Assembly (NCBI GenBank): GCA_964304625.1
Contig: OZ199839.1
Span: forward strand, 325,970-389,969
Direction of reading: 5' to 3'
DNA: 64,000 nucleotides
From: Kudoa neothunni
Lineage: Eukaryota > Animalia > Cnidaria
Below are positions 27,549-38,697 of the stretch, in pieces. The position numbers were made by a program, and so were the translations under genes. Every line of letters starts with the position of its first letter. The first letter of the stretch is position 1. The notes under the pieces are model-generated. The model saw nothing but the letters and a program-made list of their open reading frames with translations. It was not told where the DNA came from and did no database searches.

Positions 27549-28916
27549 TCAATTTTTCGAAGAGATTTCTTGGTTTTGTCACAGTAGGCATCAAGTCCCA
27601 GCCCAACAAAAACTAAAACAACTCCAAACCACTGATAATTCTCCAAATGATTTCTGAAAAGTATGACCGACATTAGAACAGTGAAAAATTTTCTTGTGGT
27701 AGTAATAATCGAACAAGCCAAGGGACCAATAGTAGTGACAGTATAGAAAATAAAATTCTTAACGATTGGACAATATAAATCGACATGAGAAATAACCGAT
27801 ACTCAATACCTGGCCAAGTGCACTAGCAGCACAGAAACAAGCCAAATCCACCAAAAACTTTGGATGGGTTTCACAGAATTTTAGAAAGTCAACTATTTCG
27901 TTGTTGTACATCACCACTAATCGTAGGAGTTACAATGTGAAGAAATAAAACTGTCAAATATTACCAACAAACAATAACAAAGAGGCGAACAAATTCAGAT
28001 AATACATCATGGGGTAGGCTTTCGTTTGGTATTTGGCTTTCATTTTCGATTGCAAACTTGCAGTAATGCCATCCATCGACAGAGACAATATCTAGAATAG
28101 ATCATTAGAATGATCGTCCAACGAACGCAGTTATACCAGTAATAACTCTCCCAATCCCATGTGAAGCATGGAGCCAATAAACATGCCATTAGCTGAGGGA
28201 CTGACTGAGATGTTGTGGGGGGATTTTTTATACATAAAAAATTGAGACGCCTGCCGTAATCATCATGACATTGAAATATTTGTATATAGTGTAGTTGACA
28301 TTTCCCAAAAGCCACGTCATCAAAAGTACTATTTAATTGGTATAGTCTAACAACTATTGAACTAAACAGCAATTCTACCTGGTATTGGTTTGATGGATTT
28401 TCCAATAACCTAAACAGATTGATCTATAAGTCATTGCGTGTGACAATGATTGATTGAGAATACTTGAGTTGGATAGTTGACGTGTTTCAATGCTGAATTA
28501 CTAGCTATCATAGCTGTACTGTAACTCATAGCACATAAAAGATAATAATGCAATGGAGTTTTTTTGGAGGAACTTTTGGGTGTAACTTTCGGTTGAGTTA
28601 TTTTACAAGCTAAATCATCAGCAAAATTACAACTTTTATCTGATTTCATTATTGTCAAACCGCATACCTACAAAGGACCAAATGCAATTAAACACACATT
28701 GGCATAACACCAGGCAATAGGTGCATATGAATTTTTCATTTTTGTCTCCATACGTGGATTTATTTCTAGAGGGGGTACATTTTAAAAACACACACATAAC
28801 GCATTTAAAACCCACATTTTCTCTTGGTAAATTCCAAAAAGTAGATACGAGAAAAATATACCAAAAAAGCTGGCTAAAAATTGCTTGGTTGCTGACGTGG
28901 CCCCACCGTTATCCAT
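27549..28916 (-). CDS. SLC35B1: Solute carrier 35B1 (ER nucleotide-sugar/ATP-ADP transporter family), 8 exons, with one +1 frameshift in an A6 run
   Basis: Motifs [44 protein letters not shown] and [30 protein letters not shown]. Canonical short introns. The frame breaks at 28236-28241. Confidence 0.92.
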
Positions 28917-29207
28917 TTCGTTACGCTTGCGCACTCTAGTTTATCCTATTAGGTGTAAGCTATCGTTACACTTGGGGTGTGTGACGATAATACGTTATTA
29001 TCGACTTCGGTAATCATTAATGTAATTCCATTTTTTATAAAAACTTTGAAAACCCAAGAAGAATATATTTTCGAAAAATAATTATTTTACACTTTTAAAT
29101 GTCATTTTGTACTTCACACCCAATGATACAACTAAGAAACTACTACCAGTGTCACGTGACTACAGATAATACTGCGGTGTGCACGGGTGTAACGAAGGAA
29201 TTGGTTA

Positions 29208-31372
29208 CAGTCAGTCAAACCTCGATTATTCGGAAAATTCGGGACCGGTGATTTCCTTTCCGGATAGCGAGGTTTCGGTTAATCGAACGTAACCTTTGTC
29301 TTGTGTGCGCTGCGGTTTTTTTTAAATTTCCACTTGACGGGTTTCCTACTTGATTCATACACATTTTTCACTATTTATTAAGTAAAATAATTTAATTTCT
29401 AAAATCCAAATTAAAAATATTGGCATATCTATTAAGTAAGAATTTGGAGGTTTAAAAGAAAAAACAATATATAATTAAGCGAGAAAAATATATCCAAAGA
29501 GGAGTAGTCTAATTTTTTAAATAATCGGTAATTAATGTTTGTTGAACTTTACCACGAGGATTTTGTTCAATTCTTCTTTTAAGGCGTGTAAGTGATGTTT
29601 AATAGATCATCTTTTAATTTGACCTCTCCATTCAGATCATGAATATTTGGCTGTTCAATGTATTTTATGATAGTTGAGACAGCAATTATTGCGTCTTGAT
29701 CCCGAATGACCTAAATTTCATCCTTTGAATTTCGGAGGATTCAGATTCACTTTCGTTGAGAATTCCAGAATATCGTTATCATTGATAAACTCTCACAATT
29801 TCAGCTCGGAATCACAATTCACATATTCTGCCGTATATTTTTATAACAAACTCCGGGTTTTTTTAAAAGCTCGCCTAATTAGTTATCATCGCAGTCTACT
29901 CCAGAGATAGTGATTTCATCAGAAAGTATGCCAGTGTGATTCCAACAACTTTGGATGATATTTTGTGTAGCATTGCCCCACGATCCATGAGTGAACCTTA
30001 CGGCATCCTTCAGATCAATATGAGGAGTATCACCAGATTCTACCTGGTCGACGAATTTTGAAATTACGAGTTTCTATAATTTGACTTGAATGATCTGATT
30101 ATGCCCACATCTAGAGGTTGTAAATGTAAATGGGAAGTTAGTATCTGGATATTCGAGTATTCACTTTTTTGTGGCTTGTCGCATTATCAATTAGCAGTAG
30201 CATATCTCTACTTTCTGCTTTCGTCATTGAATTGTGAATTCTTAAGAAAATTTTCAAATATGATTGATGTCATCCAGACCTTTTTATTGGATGTATAAGT
30301 CACGTAACGTGAGGGGTCAAAATTCTTTGAACATCTAGGCTTAATAGATTTACCAATAATCAATCAATGGCTTCAACTTATGAGTTCCCATTGCGTTTAC
30401 GCACAATAAAATTGAGATTCTTTCTTTTGAATTCTCGTGCCTGACCGACGAAAATTAGACAACGTCTTATTCGGTCCAAGGCGATAAAATAAGCCAGTCT
30501 CATCGGCATTGTAAAATATCCCGCAAAGAATAATTTCGCAGGCGATTTTAAGTTCGTTGATGGCTTTTTGAATATCTTCAATAGCTTCTGAGCCGGATTC
30601 GCCATGTAAAGTTTTTGACTTTATTTGATACCGATTTTTGAATTTTTCGAGCCATTCCGATGAGGAGGAGAAACCCTCTACTCCAAGTTTATTCTCGAAT
30701 TCCTTGGCATTTTCGGTGATTTATAGAGCCGTTTTACACACACGTTAATGTGCATTCATTTGTGCTATCCATGTTAAAAGGGCTTTCTCCAAGTTATCGT
30801 GTTTTCCTCCCTTGGATGTCAATCTGTTTGAGTTTTAGGAACAATCCACTTTTCGGAATCCCGCAATATATATCCAATAGTGCTAGCCGCTAGTATAGAT
30901 CCCCTCTCTTTAAAAAAGGTTTTTGATAAATCTAATAGGGTCATCCTAGGGTTCCTTATCTTTAATTTACAGATGAAAGCTTTTTCGCAAGGTTTGAGAA
31001 CAACTCTGGAGCATTTCTTAGCGTACATAACCGGGATGATAGTTATAATTGCGCGTCGCGTAATGTTTGTTTATTATGCATGCAAGCAAATGTTAAAATA
31101 TAATACAGATTTGTATAAGAGCAAAAGGTATAACTTAATTTTTACAAGAAAAATTATTAAATAATTAACCTAGAAATATTTCGTTTTAAATATAACACCG
31201 GAATATATGCTACATTGTATATGTCGTACGGGTGATGGGTGAAAGTTTTATCCGGAAATATGATTAAATAGTTCTTCCGGTTTCCGGATAATCGAACATT
31301 TATCGACATTTAATGTCCAATAAAATCCAAATAAATTTTAAAATTTCTTCCGGGATAATCGAGGTTTGATTG
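29208..31372 (-). mobile_element. pogo/Tigger (TIGD/CENP-B-like) transposon, full length, decayed transposase
   Basis: TIRs CAGTCAAACCTCGATTAT (left, with a duplicated CAGT) and CAATCAAACCTCGATTAT (right); TA flanks. HTH-like ORF 30819-31028, plus SDGWLEKFKNRY and HLQPLDVGII remnants. Confidence 0.9.
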
Positions 31373-32028
31373 TATTTGAAAACCATTGCATTATGTATAT
31401 TCCAATTATTTAAGACCAAATACTAAAATCGCATTATTTTGTTGATTCACATTATTAAATAATAAAATAATCTGAAGAAATAATAAAATGGGATAGTTTT
31501 TCTATGGCAGTGGTTATTGCAAAGGATCTGTTTAATCCGCATACTCGGACTGTCTATTGCAACGGGAGGGAAATTACTCTAAACTAACATGTCAACGAAA
31601 ATTTCAACTTCATTTTTATAATAAATGATTTTTTCGCTAAAAAGTTAAATTATTATAAAAGAAACCCAAGACAACAAATTTTCTTATTTTATGGTAATGA
31701 ATTAATTGATTTAAATTATTTTAAATACTTAATTAGCGATTTATAATTTATACACGTAATTATATTTTTCATAATTCTGAGTAATATCGATAATTCAAAG
31801 TGGAAGATCCAAATTACTGATACAAATTTACTTAGCGTTTGCGTGAATCAAACAACGTTCAACTTCAATATGATATATAATGCTTTGTTTACATCAATTG
31901 TAAAATGTTATATTTTTATTGTTGCGCGTCTAATATTCTACATATTAATGATCTATATTTTTTTCTGTTTAATGATATAGATTATCTCGATCAGATGGCA
32001 ATTCGTTTGTTTATTAATACCACAAACT

Positions 32029-32540
32029 GGACACTATGGCATAATGGTGTTGTTAGGTAGAGATCGCATACCGTGAGGATGCTAGTTTAAAGCCTATTCG
32101 GGGCGCTCCTGTACTCCTAATCCGAAATTAAGTGGAAGGCTGTAGTAATTGCAAGGATCTACGGTTTATCTTGATCTAGCTCGCAGCTGGGAGAGGAGCC
32201 TGGCGGAAAGGTAGAACTCGAGTGCTTATAAACGCCGGGGTACAGAGACGAAATACAACCCGAGTAGGGAGGGGGGGGGGGGGGGGGGGGGGGGTTTCCG
32301 TAGAGCCGACGCCTGCGTTCAGACAACTTTCCTAGACTAATTCTGGGTTAGTCCAGGGTATGGTTGTGGTAATGGTTGCCCTGAAACGATAGTGTTTTAG
32401 TGGGTTGAAATCCCACACTACCGCATAGACGTAAGTCGCCCTAGTATGACTCTGCGGTGCCTATAGCGTAAATGGAGAGGGCCTGAACTTCACAACCTAA
32501 CAAGTTGCGTCAAGGGTTTGACCTTGAGAACAAACAAAAA
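32029..32540 (+). mobile_element. tRNA-headed SINE, about 510 bp, with an internal G24 tract
   Basis: A-box-like TGGCATAATGG and a degenerate B box. Homologous along its length to the inverted copy at 60778-62120. A-rich tail. Confidence 0.7.
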
Positions 32541-33989
32541 CGATCATGTTATTTACATTACAAGATTCCTCGTGTAATTTATTTTTTTAAAGTTATATCG
32601 ATTGAAAAAATATTTAAGCCACCCAAAAGATCATTGAACATTCTTACCAGATAAAACTAAGAATTGGTTAATTATAGATATTATATGATCTCGTGATAAT
32701 TCTAACGTATTGTCCCTCATAATTTTATCCAATTGCGAACTTCCCCACATCTTGACTAAAACTTACCACAATTGAAAGCTTTCTATTTTTCGATCCTAAA
32801 GAAGTTTGAATATATCTTGTTTCATAAGTATAGTATTCAAAGATGATCTTGATTTATGTAAAATTTTTCCATTATTTGGAGCTTAATATTTTACGATGTG
32901 ATATGGACTCGTAAAACATTATAATTTGGGATTTTTAAAGAGCATTGAAATGATTTTGTTTGGATAAATTTGACGCTGTATCCATTTTTTTTGCCAAGCT
33001 CGAATTATGCTTCGCAATAACGGCCTTCCTTACGTTAGGTCAGCGCTTCACATTTAAAACCGGACTCTCATATCCATTGATGACAAAACGGAATCCATAC
33101 CCCTTTTCATACGATTAGATATAATTAACTCTAATTTCTTCGGATTATTTTCTTTTGTGGTCGAATCTCGCACCACTCAAGCCTCTAGTCCACATCCCTA
33201 GCCTAGGGTTGTGAGTACTACTGCGTCAGATTAGTACAATAGGATTTCAACCTTAATGTATTGTTTAAATTAATTATTTATGGATATATTATCAATTTTT
33301 AATTTAGTTATCCTTTAAATCTCAATTCGGATAAAATAAGGAGTAACAAATTATTAAAATAACGTCCAAACCATATGCGTACGACCCATCAAATACTGCA
33401 TATGAGATTTGTTTTTACGACCATAGGACCAAACTAAATAACAATCGAACTGAATCCTTCTGCAGCAACTATATTGCTCATTCCAACTATTTTAATAAGT
33501 GAATTCGGCTTAAGTTGTTGACTTCATCAGCTTATCTAAACGGAGTCATGGTCAACTGATAAATTATTTCCATTACCAATGTCTTCCTGCTTTTATATTT
33601 GGGTTTCCTTCAAAAAAATTATTGGTTTCTATTTGATTTGGATTAAATGTATGCAGTAAAATATCTTGTGAGGGGTTTTTTAGCGCCTCAAGACACTCCC
33701 GAAAAATTTTCAATTATTTTGCACTTTTCTTCAAAGTTCAAACGCTTTACATTAAAATAATCCATCATTACTATTAAACCAAAGCAATATACATAATTCA
33801 ACCGAAAAGATTGCGTATTATTCATTAGTCATGAAATTTAATACATCAATAAATTTTTGGTTTATTTCGAAATAAATGAAAGATTTACACCGCTGTAATA
33901 ACAAAAATATTATTAATCATATAGTTTAATATTGAGCTCGGATATAGCGTATTAATGAAATTTAGTAATATTTATCGCCCATCTCAAAA

Positions 33990-34435
33990 GGTTCTTGGCG
34001 GTATATGTCGTGGGCGTTTTGGCGTCGAAACAGAAGACCTTTAGTTCGAGTCTCACTAGGACCATTGCATCTGGACTGAATCTTGCTTCCTATCCTTTGA
34101 ACTAGGTTATGGTTAGAAGGAGACTCGCCACTGTGATGTGGGTGGTACAACATATGATATAGTTTTGGTCGCAAGATAGGTTCTGATTAGACGTTTGAAC
34201 ATTGAGAGCTTGTATAACTAATAAAATAAAGCAGGATTTGAAAAATTGAGATTGTCGAGAGAGTAGGATTTGGAGTGATAGTCGTTTATGGGAAAAATGT
34301 CTAGTCAGTTGAACCTGCTCACTACAACGGAAATATAAGGGTAGGGGTTAAAGGAAATTTGGCTTTTTATCTAGCTATGATGCCTATCACTTAAATGACA
34401 AGTTGCGTTAAGAGTTTACTTTGTGGGCAAAACAA
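33990..34435 (+). mobile_element. Second tRNA-headed SINE family sharing the 3' tail
   Basis: Head GGTTCTTGGCGGTATATG..AGTTCGAGTCTCACTAGGACCA. Tail ACAAGTTGCGTTAAGAGTTTACTTTG resembles ACAAGTTGCGTCAAGGGTTTGACCTTG at about 32500. Confidence 0.5.
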
Positions 34436-34861
34436 TCTACGGCATAGTTTGGTGGAATAAATTTTTTATCTGCAAGTGCCACAATTATAATATATAGGTG
34501 TTTACAAAGGTAAGACAATGGAAGTTTTTCACACTTTGGTATATTTAAATAAAAAAAATGTTTTTTTATTTTAATTAGTGCGCATTTCTCAAAAATTAAA
34601 TCGAATAATAAAACACAATTAATTAATATATTTAATATAATAAAGAGAAATTTTAAATAAAATAATTAAATCTTTTTGCTCAACTTAACACTTCATTCTA
34701 TCGGTACAAAGAATACTAAGAAATCTAGATTTACGGCTAATTCAAAAGTCAACGCAGTTCAAACTCCATAAATAGGGATTTTTACTGCGATAAAAAATGT
34801 GATGCTCAAAAAGTGTTAAATATCAAATTGAAGTTGATCAAATATGTAAGTTTATTCATTG

Positions 34862-35712
34862 TTAGGCCTTGAGTTTATTTTCAATAATATCTTTTATGTT
34901 GTGTTTTTCAGCGTGATGTTTTAGTTGACTTTCAGCGAATTCCCAGTTTAACACTTCAAAAATACTATCCACATAGTTTTGGCGATTTTCATACTGAAGA
35001 ATGTACGCATGTTCCCACACATCAATTCCAATCAACGGCAATTTATCTTTGGTAGGCATAAAAATAGTGTTTATCTATAAAAGATACCTTTGGACATTTG
35101 AAGAAGAACTTGATTTGGTGTTTGTTCCACAGACAACAAGCCATCAATTGGATCCAGCGCCTTAGAAATATAATAATTTGTTTCATATTTAAATAAAATC
35201 TACAAGCCAGCCCCATCCCGCACCAAGAACATCCATACATTGGTGACTAATTTGTGATTTAAATGCTTCAAAACTACCAAAAGATTGTTCGATCATCTTT
35301 GAGAGTACACCTAAATTCCTAAATTCAACAATGAGAAAAATTCAACTTTACCTTGTGGTTTGTTGTTTGGCTTTGGCGCTCTTAGATTTCTCCAGAAAAA
35401 ACAATGATTCATATGACCACCTCCATGAAAATTTGCGGCTTCGACTGCTTTTGCAAACTCACCTTCATCAATGATATCGTAATATCGTGTCATCACTTTG
35501 TTGTAGTTGTCAACATAAGCTTTGTGGTGTTTATTGTAATGGAGATCCATAATCTCTTTTGAAATAATCGGTTCCAAAGCATCCAACGCATAAGGAAGTT
35601 TTGGAAGTTGAACTGTGTCTCCTTCTATGTATGTTTCTATTTTGGACCTTACGTGACGATCATATCTCATAAAACGTTGAAGTTTGGAAGCAAAATTCAA
35701 AAGAGTAACCAT
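34862..35712 (-). CDS. SOD2: Mn superoxide dismutase, 241 aa, 4 exons (35712-35352, 35310-35204, 35160-35088, 35046-34862)
   Basis: [39 protein letters not shown] and DVWEHAY. Introns of 41, 43 and 41 nt, all phase-consistent. Confidence 0.95.
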
Positions 35713-37489
35713 CGTTGTTTGAATTTCGTTGGCGAACTTTAACGATGTTGGATATAATAGTTGACTTCAAAGTGACACCACTGTTTATTTTTCAAAGGGC
35801 CATTATTTACAAAAAATATATTGGTTTTTTAATTTTTAAACAAAAATATATTACTTATTTGAATACCAGTGCTGATAAGAAATCGCGTTTGCGCGGTAAA
35901 TTAATCCTATTTTTAATTTATACATAAAATAATGTAGATAAATAATCATAAATTGTTGTTTTTTTTAAATTCCCCCACACAAATTATATTAAATAGCATA
36001 TTTAATACATTTGATGTAATTCATTCGAATGGAAAAAATATTATTTTTTAACGTATGTGTATAATTTAGCCTCTCAAATTTATTAAAATTGAGTGGAAAA
36101 CCATGAGAATGTTGAAGTTTCTCATCGTTATATGGATTATTATGAAATCAGTTATTGACATTAATTTTATCTGTTTTCAATTAAGTGGGAATTTCAGGAT
36201 AGCGCAGAAAATATTAAATTCTGACTTTTTGCTGCATATGAACTATATTGCTAAATTAAGCTGAAATATCTTTACGTGTCTTAATATCTAAAACTCGATA
36301 AATATTCGATTCAAAATTTGTATTAAATGATCATTTTATTAATGTGCGAGAAAAACAATGTCGATATATATTTGAATTATGGAAAAATACATGTTAAAAC
36401 CAATAGTTACTATTAATATAAGCGAAACGTTATTATTGATTCCAACTCGACTAAAGGAGGTGTTGACACAGTTGTTTGTCTCAAATTTTCCAAGAAAAGC
36501 CCCGTTATCTCGTAAGGTGCCCAAATTAAGATATTAAATTAGGATAAAACATTTTCGTTTAGTTAGGTATTTTTTATTTTAAGTTTCTCTGAATAGAAGT
36601 AAGTTAATTTTATTATGTTTAAAAACGTATTCATTAATATTGGTTGATGTTGACAATAAAGATTGACAAAATGACGAAATAGCTTGGAAACCCCATAAAT
36701 TGTAAAACTTTATGTTTTAAAAACAATTTTTTTCATTAATTTGAAAAAAAAAACATTTAAACTACATAAATAATTCGAAGAACATTTTTTAATCGTAAAA
36801 AATGTAAATGATTCATATTAAAACAATTGTTTTCTTATTCTTTCATTGTATCTCATACGTTTATATTTTCTGGATCTTAAATTAAATATAAAATTTATCT
36901 CATTATTCAAAGATGGCGTGAGAATGGGGTTGACTTGGAAAGTTGAGTTTTGCAGTGTTTATTGACGTGGATAAAAGCATTAATGAATTTTGTCATTTCT
37001 CCGAATATATAGACTTTTTATATTTATTCTAATTAACTTTTTAAACAAAAGACCAGAATATTATAATTTATTAACCCAAAAGAAATAGTCACCTTACTTA
37101 GCTTAATAAAAATTACATGGCATAGTAACACCAATTCTCCGCAGATACACTCATAATTTGAAGTATAAAACTAAAATGAAGACATTTTATCGAAATCAGT
37201 TTGATTTAATAACAAATGGAAATCTCTCTAAATTATTAAAAACAACTTTAATTAATTTGTTTATAGGAAGTGAAATATTCCAAAATCTAAAAATACTCAA
37301 TAATAACGTCGAAAAATAATACCACATTTAAATCTATAAATATAAAATAAACTTGATTTAATATGATTACCTAGCGTTAATAATTTCAATTAATTTCTAA
37401 AAAAATATAATCATGCGCGCGCAACGCTCAAAGTTGAAATTAGCACTCTGCGTTTGGTATTAAAATTCGGTGAACACCAACTATTGTAA

Positions 37490-38687
37490 ATGAATTGGCT
37501 TTTTGATAAATCTAACCTTGCGGAAACTCCATCTTTTTTGGATTCGCTGAGTTTGGAAACCGAAAAAAGATACAGAAGCGAAGGTGTGGAATTTATTCGT
37601 CATTTGTGCGATCGTTTGGGGCTGTAAACAAAAATTTCAAACAATTTTTTAATATTTTTATCCCAGGAGACACATAACAATGTCAACAGCATGTGTGCTA
37701 TATCATCGATTTTATATGTTGAAATCGTTTAAAGAATTTTCCAGATGGGATGTTGCAACTGCATGTTTGTTTTTGGCTGGAAAAGCTGAAGAAACACCGA
37801 AAAAATGCAAAAATGTTATCAAGACTGCAAGAGTTTTATTGACTGAGATGGGTAGGGTGGAAGAATCTTCAACATTAATTCAGGTGAGTATCTTAATGGT
37901 TGTTTTATTGAGTTGATCGGTTGAATTAATTTTGAAAATGTATAGATGCGATTTTTGGGTTTAGAAAGTATCATTTTACAAACACTAAAATTTGACTTGT
38001 GCGTGCGTCAACCCTACAGTCATTTGTTATTATTGGCGCAGAGAATCAAAGGTGATTATCCGCTCTCATATATTTACCTTGGAACATATCACGCGACCAT
38101 TCTGTGGAACATTAATGTTCAAATTTATATCTTATAATAAAATACTATTTCAATTCGGCATTAATTATACACACCTTAAATAGGAGATAAAGATATAGTG
38201 AATGAGATAGTTCAAATGGCGTGGTCGTTTTTAAACGATTCTCTCTATGTGCCTTTATGCGTGATCTACCCACCTGAGTTGATAGCTTTAGCTTGTTTGT
38301 ATTTGGCATTCACTACCAAAATCAAACAACTTAACGCTGAAATTGACGAATTACAAGGTGGGGCTGAGTTAGAGGGACAAATTATGGAAAAATCCCACCC
38401 TCAAGAATGGTGGAGAGGATGCATCAACGATAGCATTCCATATATGGTAGTAAATGCTAGCGATAGCACTACAAACAACAATTATGTGAACCCTAGTGGT
38501 CTCGAATCGGAAAACCTCTTCACCCAAAAATATGATTCGCCAGATAAACTTTGGGATTCATTTGTATTAGATGGTAGTTGATATAGTTATGTGCAAATCC
38601 TAATCAAATTGTCATTTAGAAATATGTGATCAGATCAAAACGCTCTATGACGAAAGTGTGTTTAGTGTGGAGTCGAAAACTATATGA
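37490..38687 (+). CDS. CCNK: Cyclin K, 5 exons (37490-37623, 37667-37883, 37946-38051, 38184-38573, 38620-38687)
   Basis: WLFDK..TPS..EKRYRSEG, HRFYM.KSF, CLFLAGKAEETPKKCK, LQTLKFDL, VQMAWSFLNDSL, EWW and EICDQI. Confidence 0.92.
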
Positions 38688-38697
38688 AAATTGTTTG

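Noticed and set aside
28040-28405. 121-aa minus-strand ORF
   Set aside because: Off-frame read-through of SLC35B1 exons and introns.
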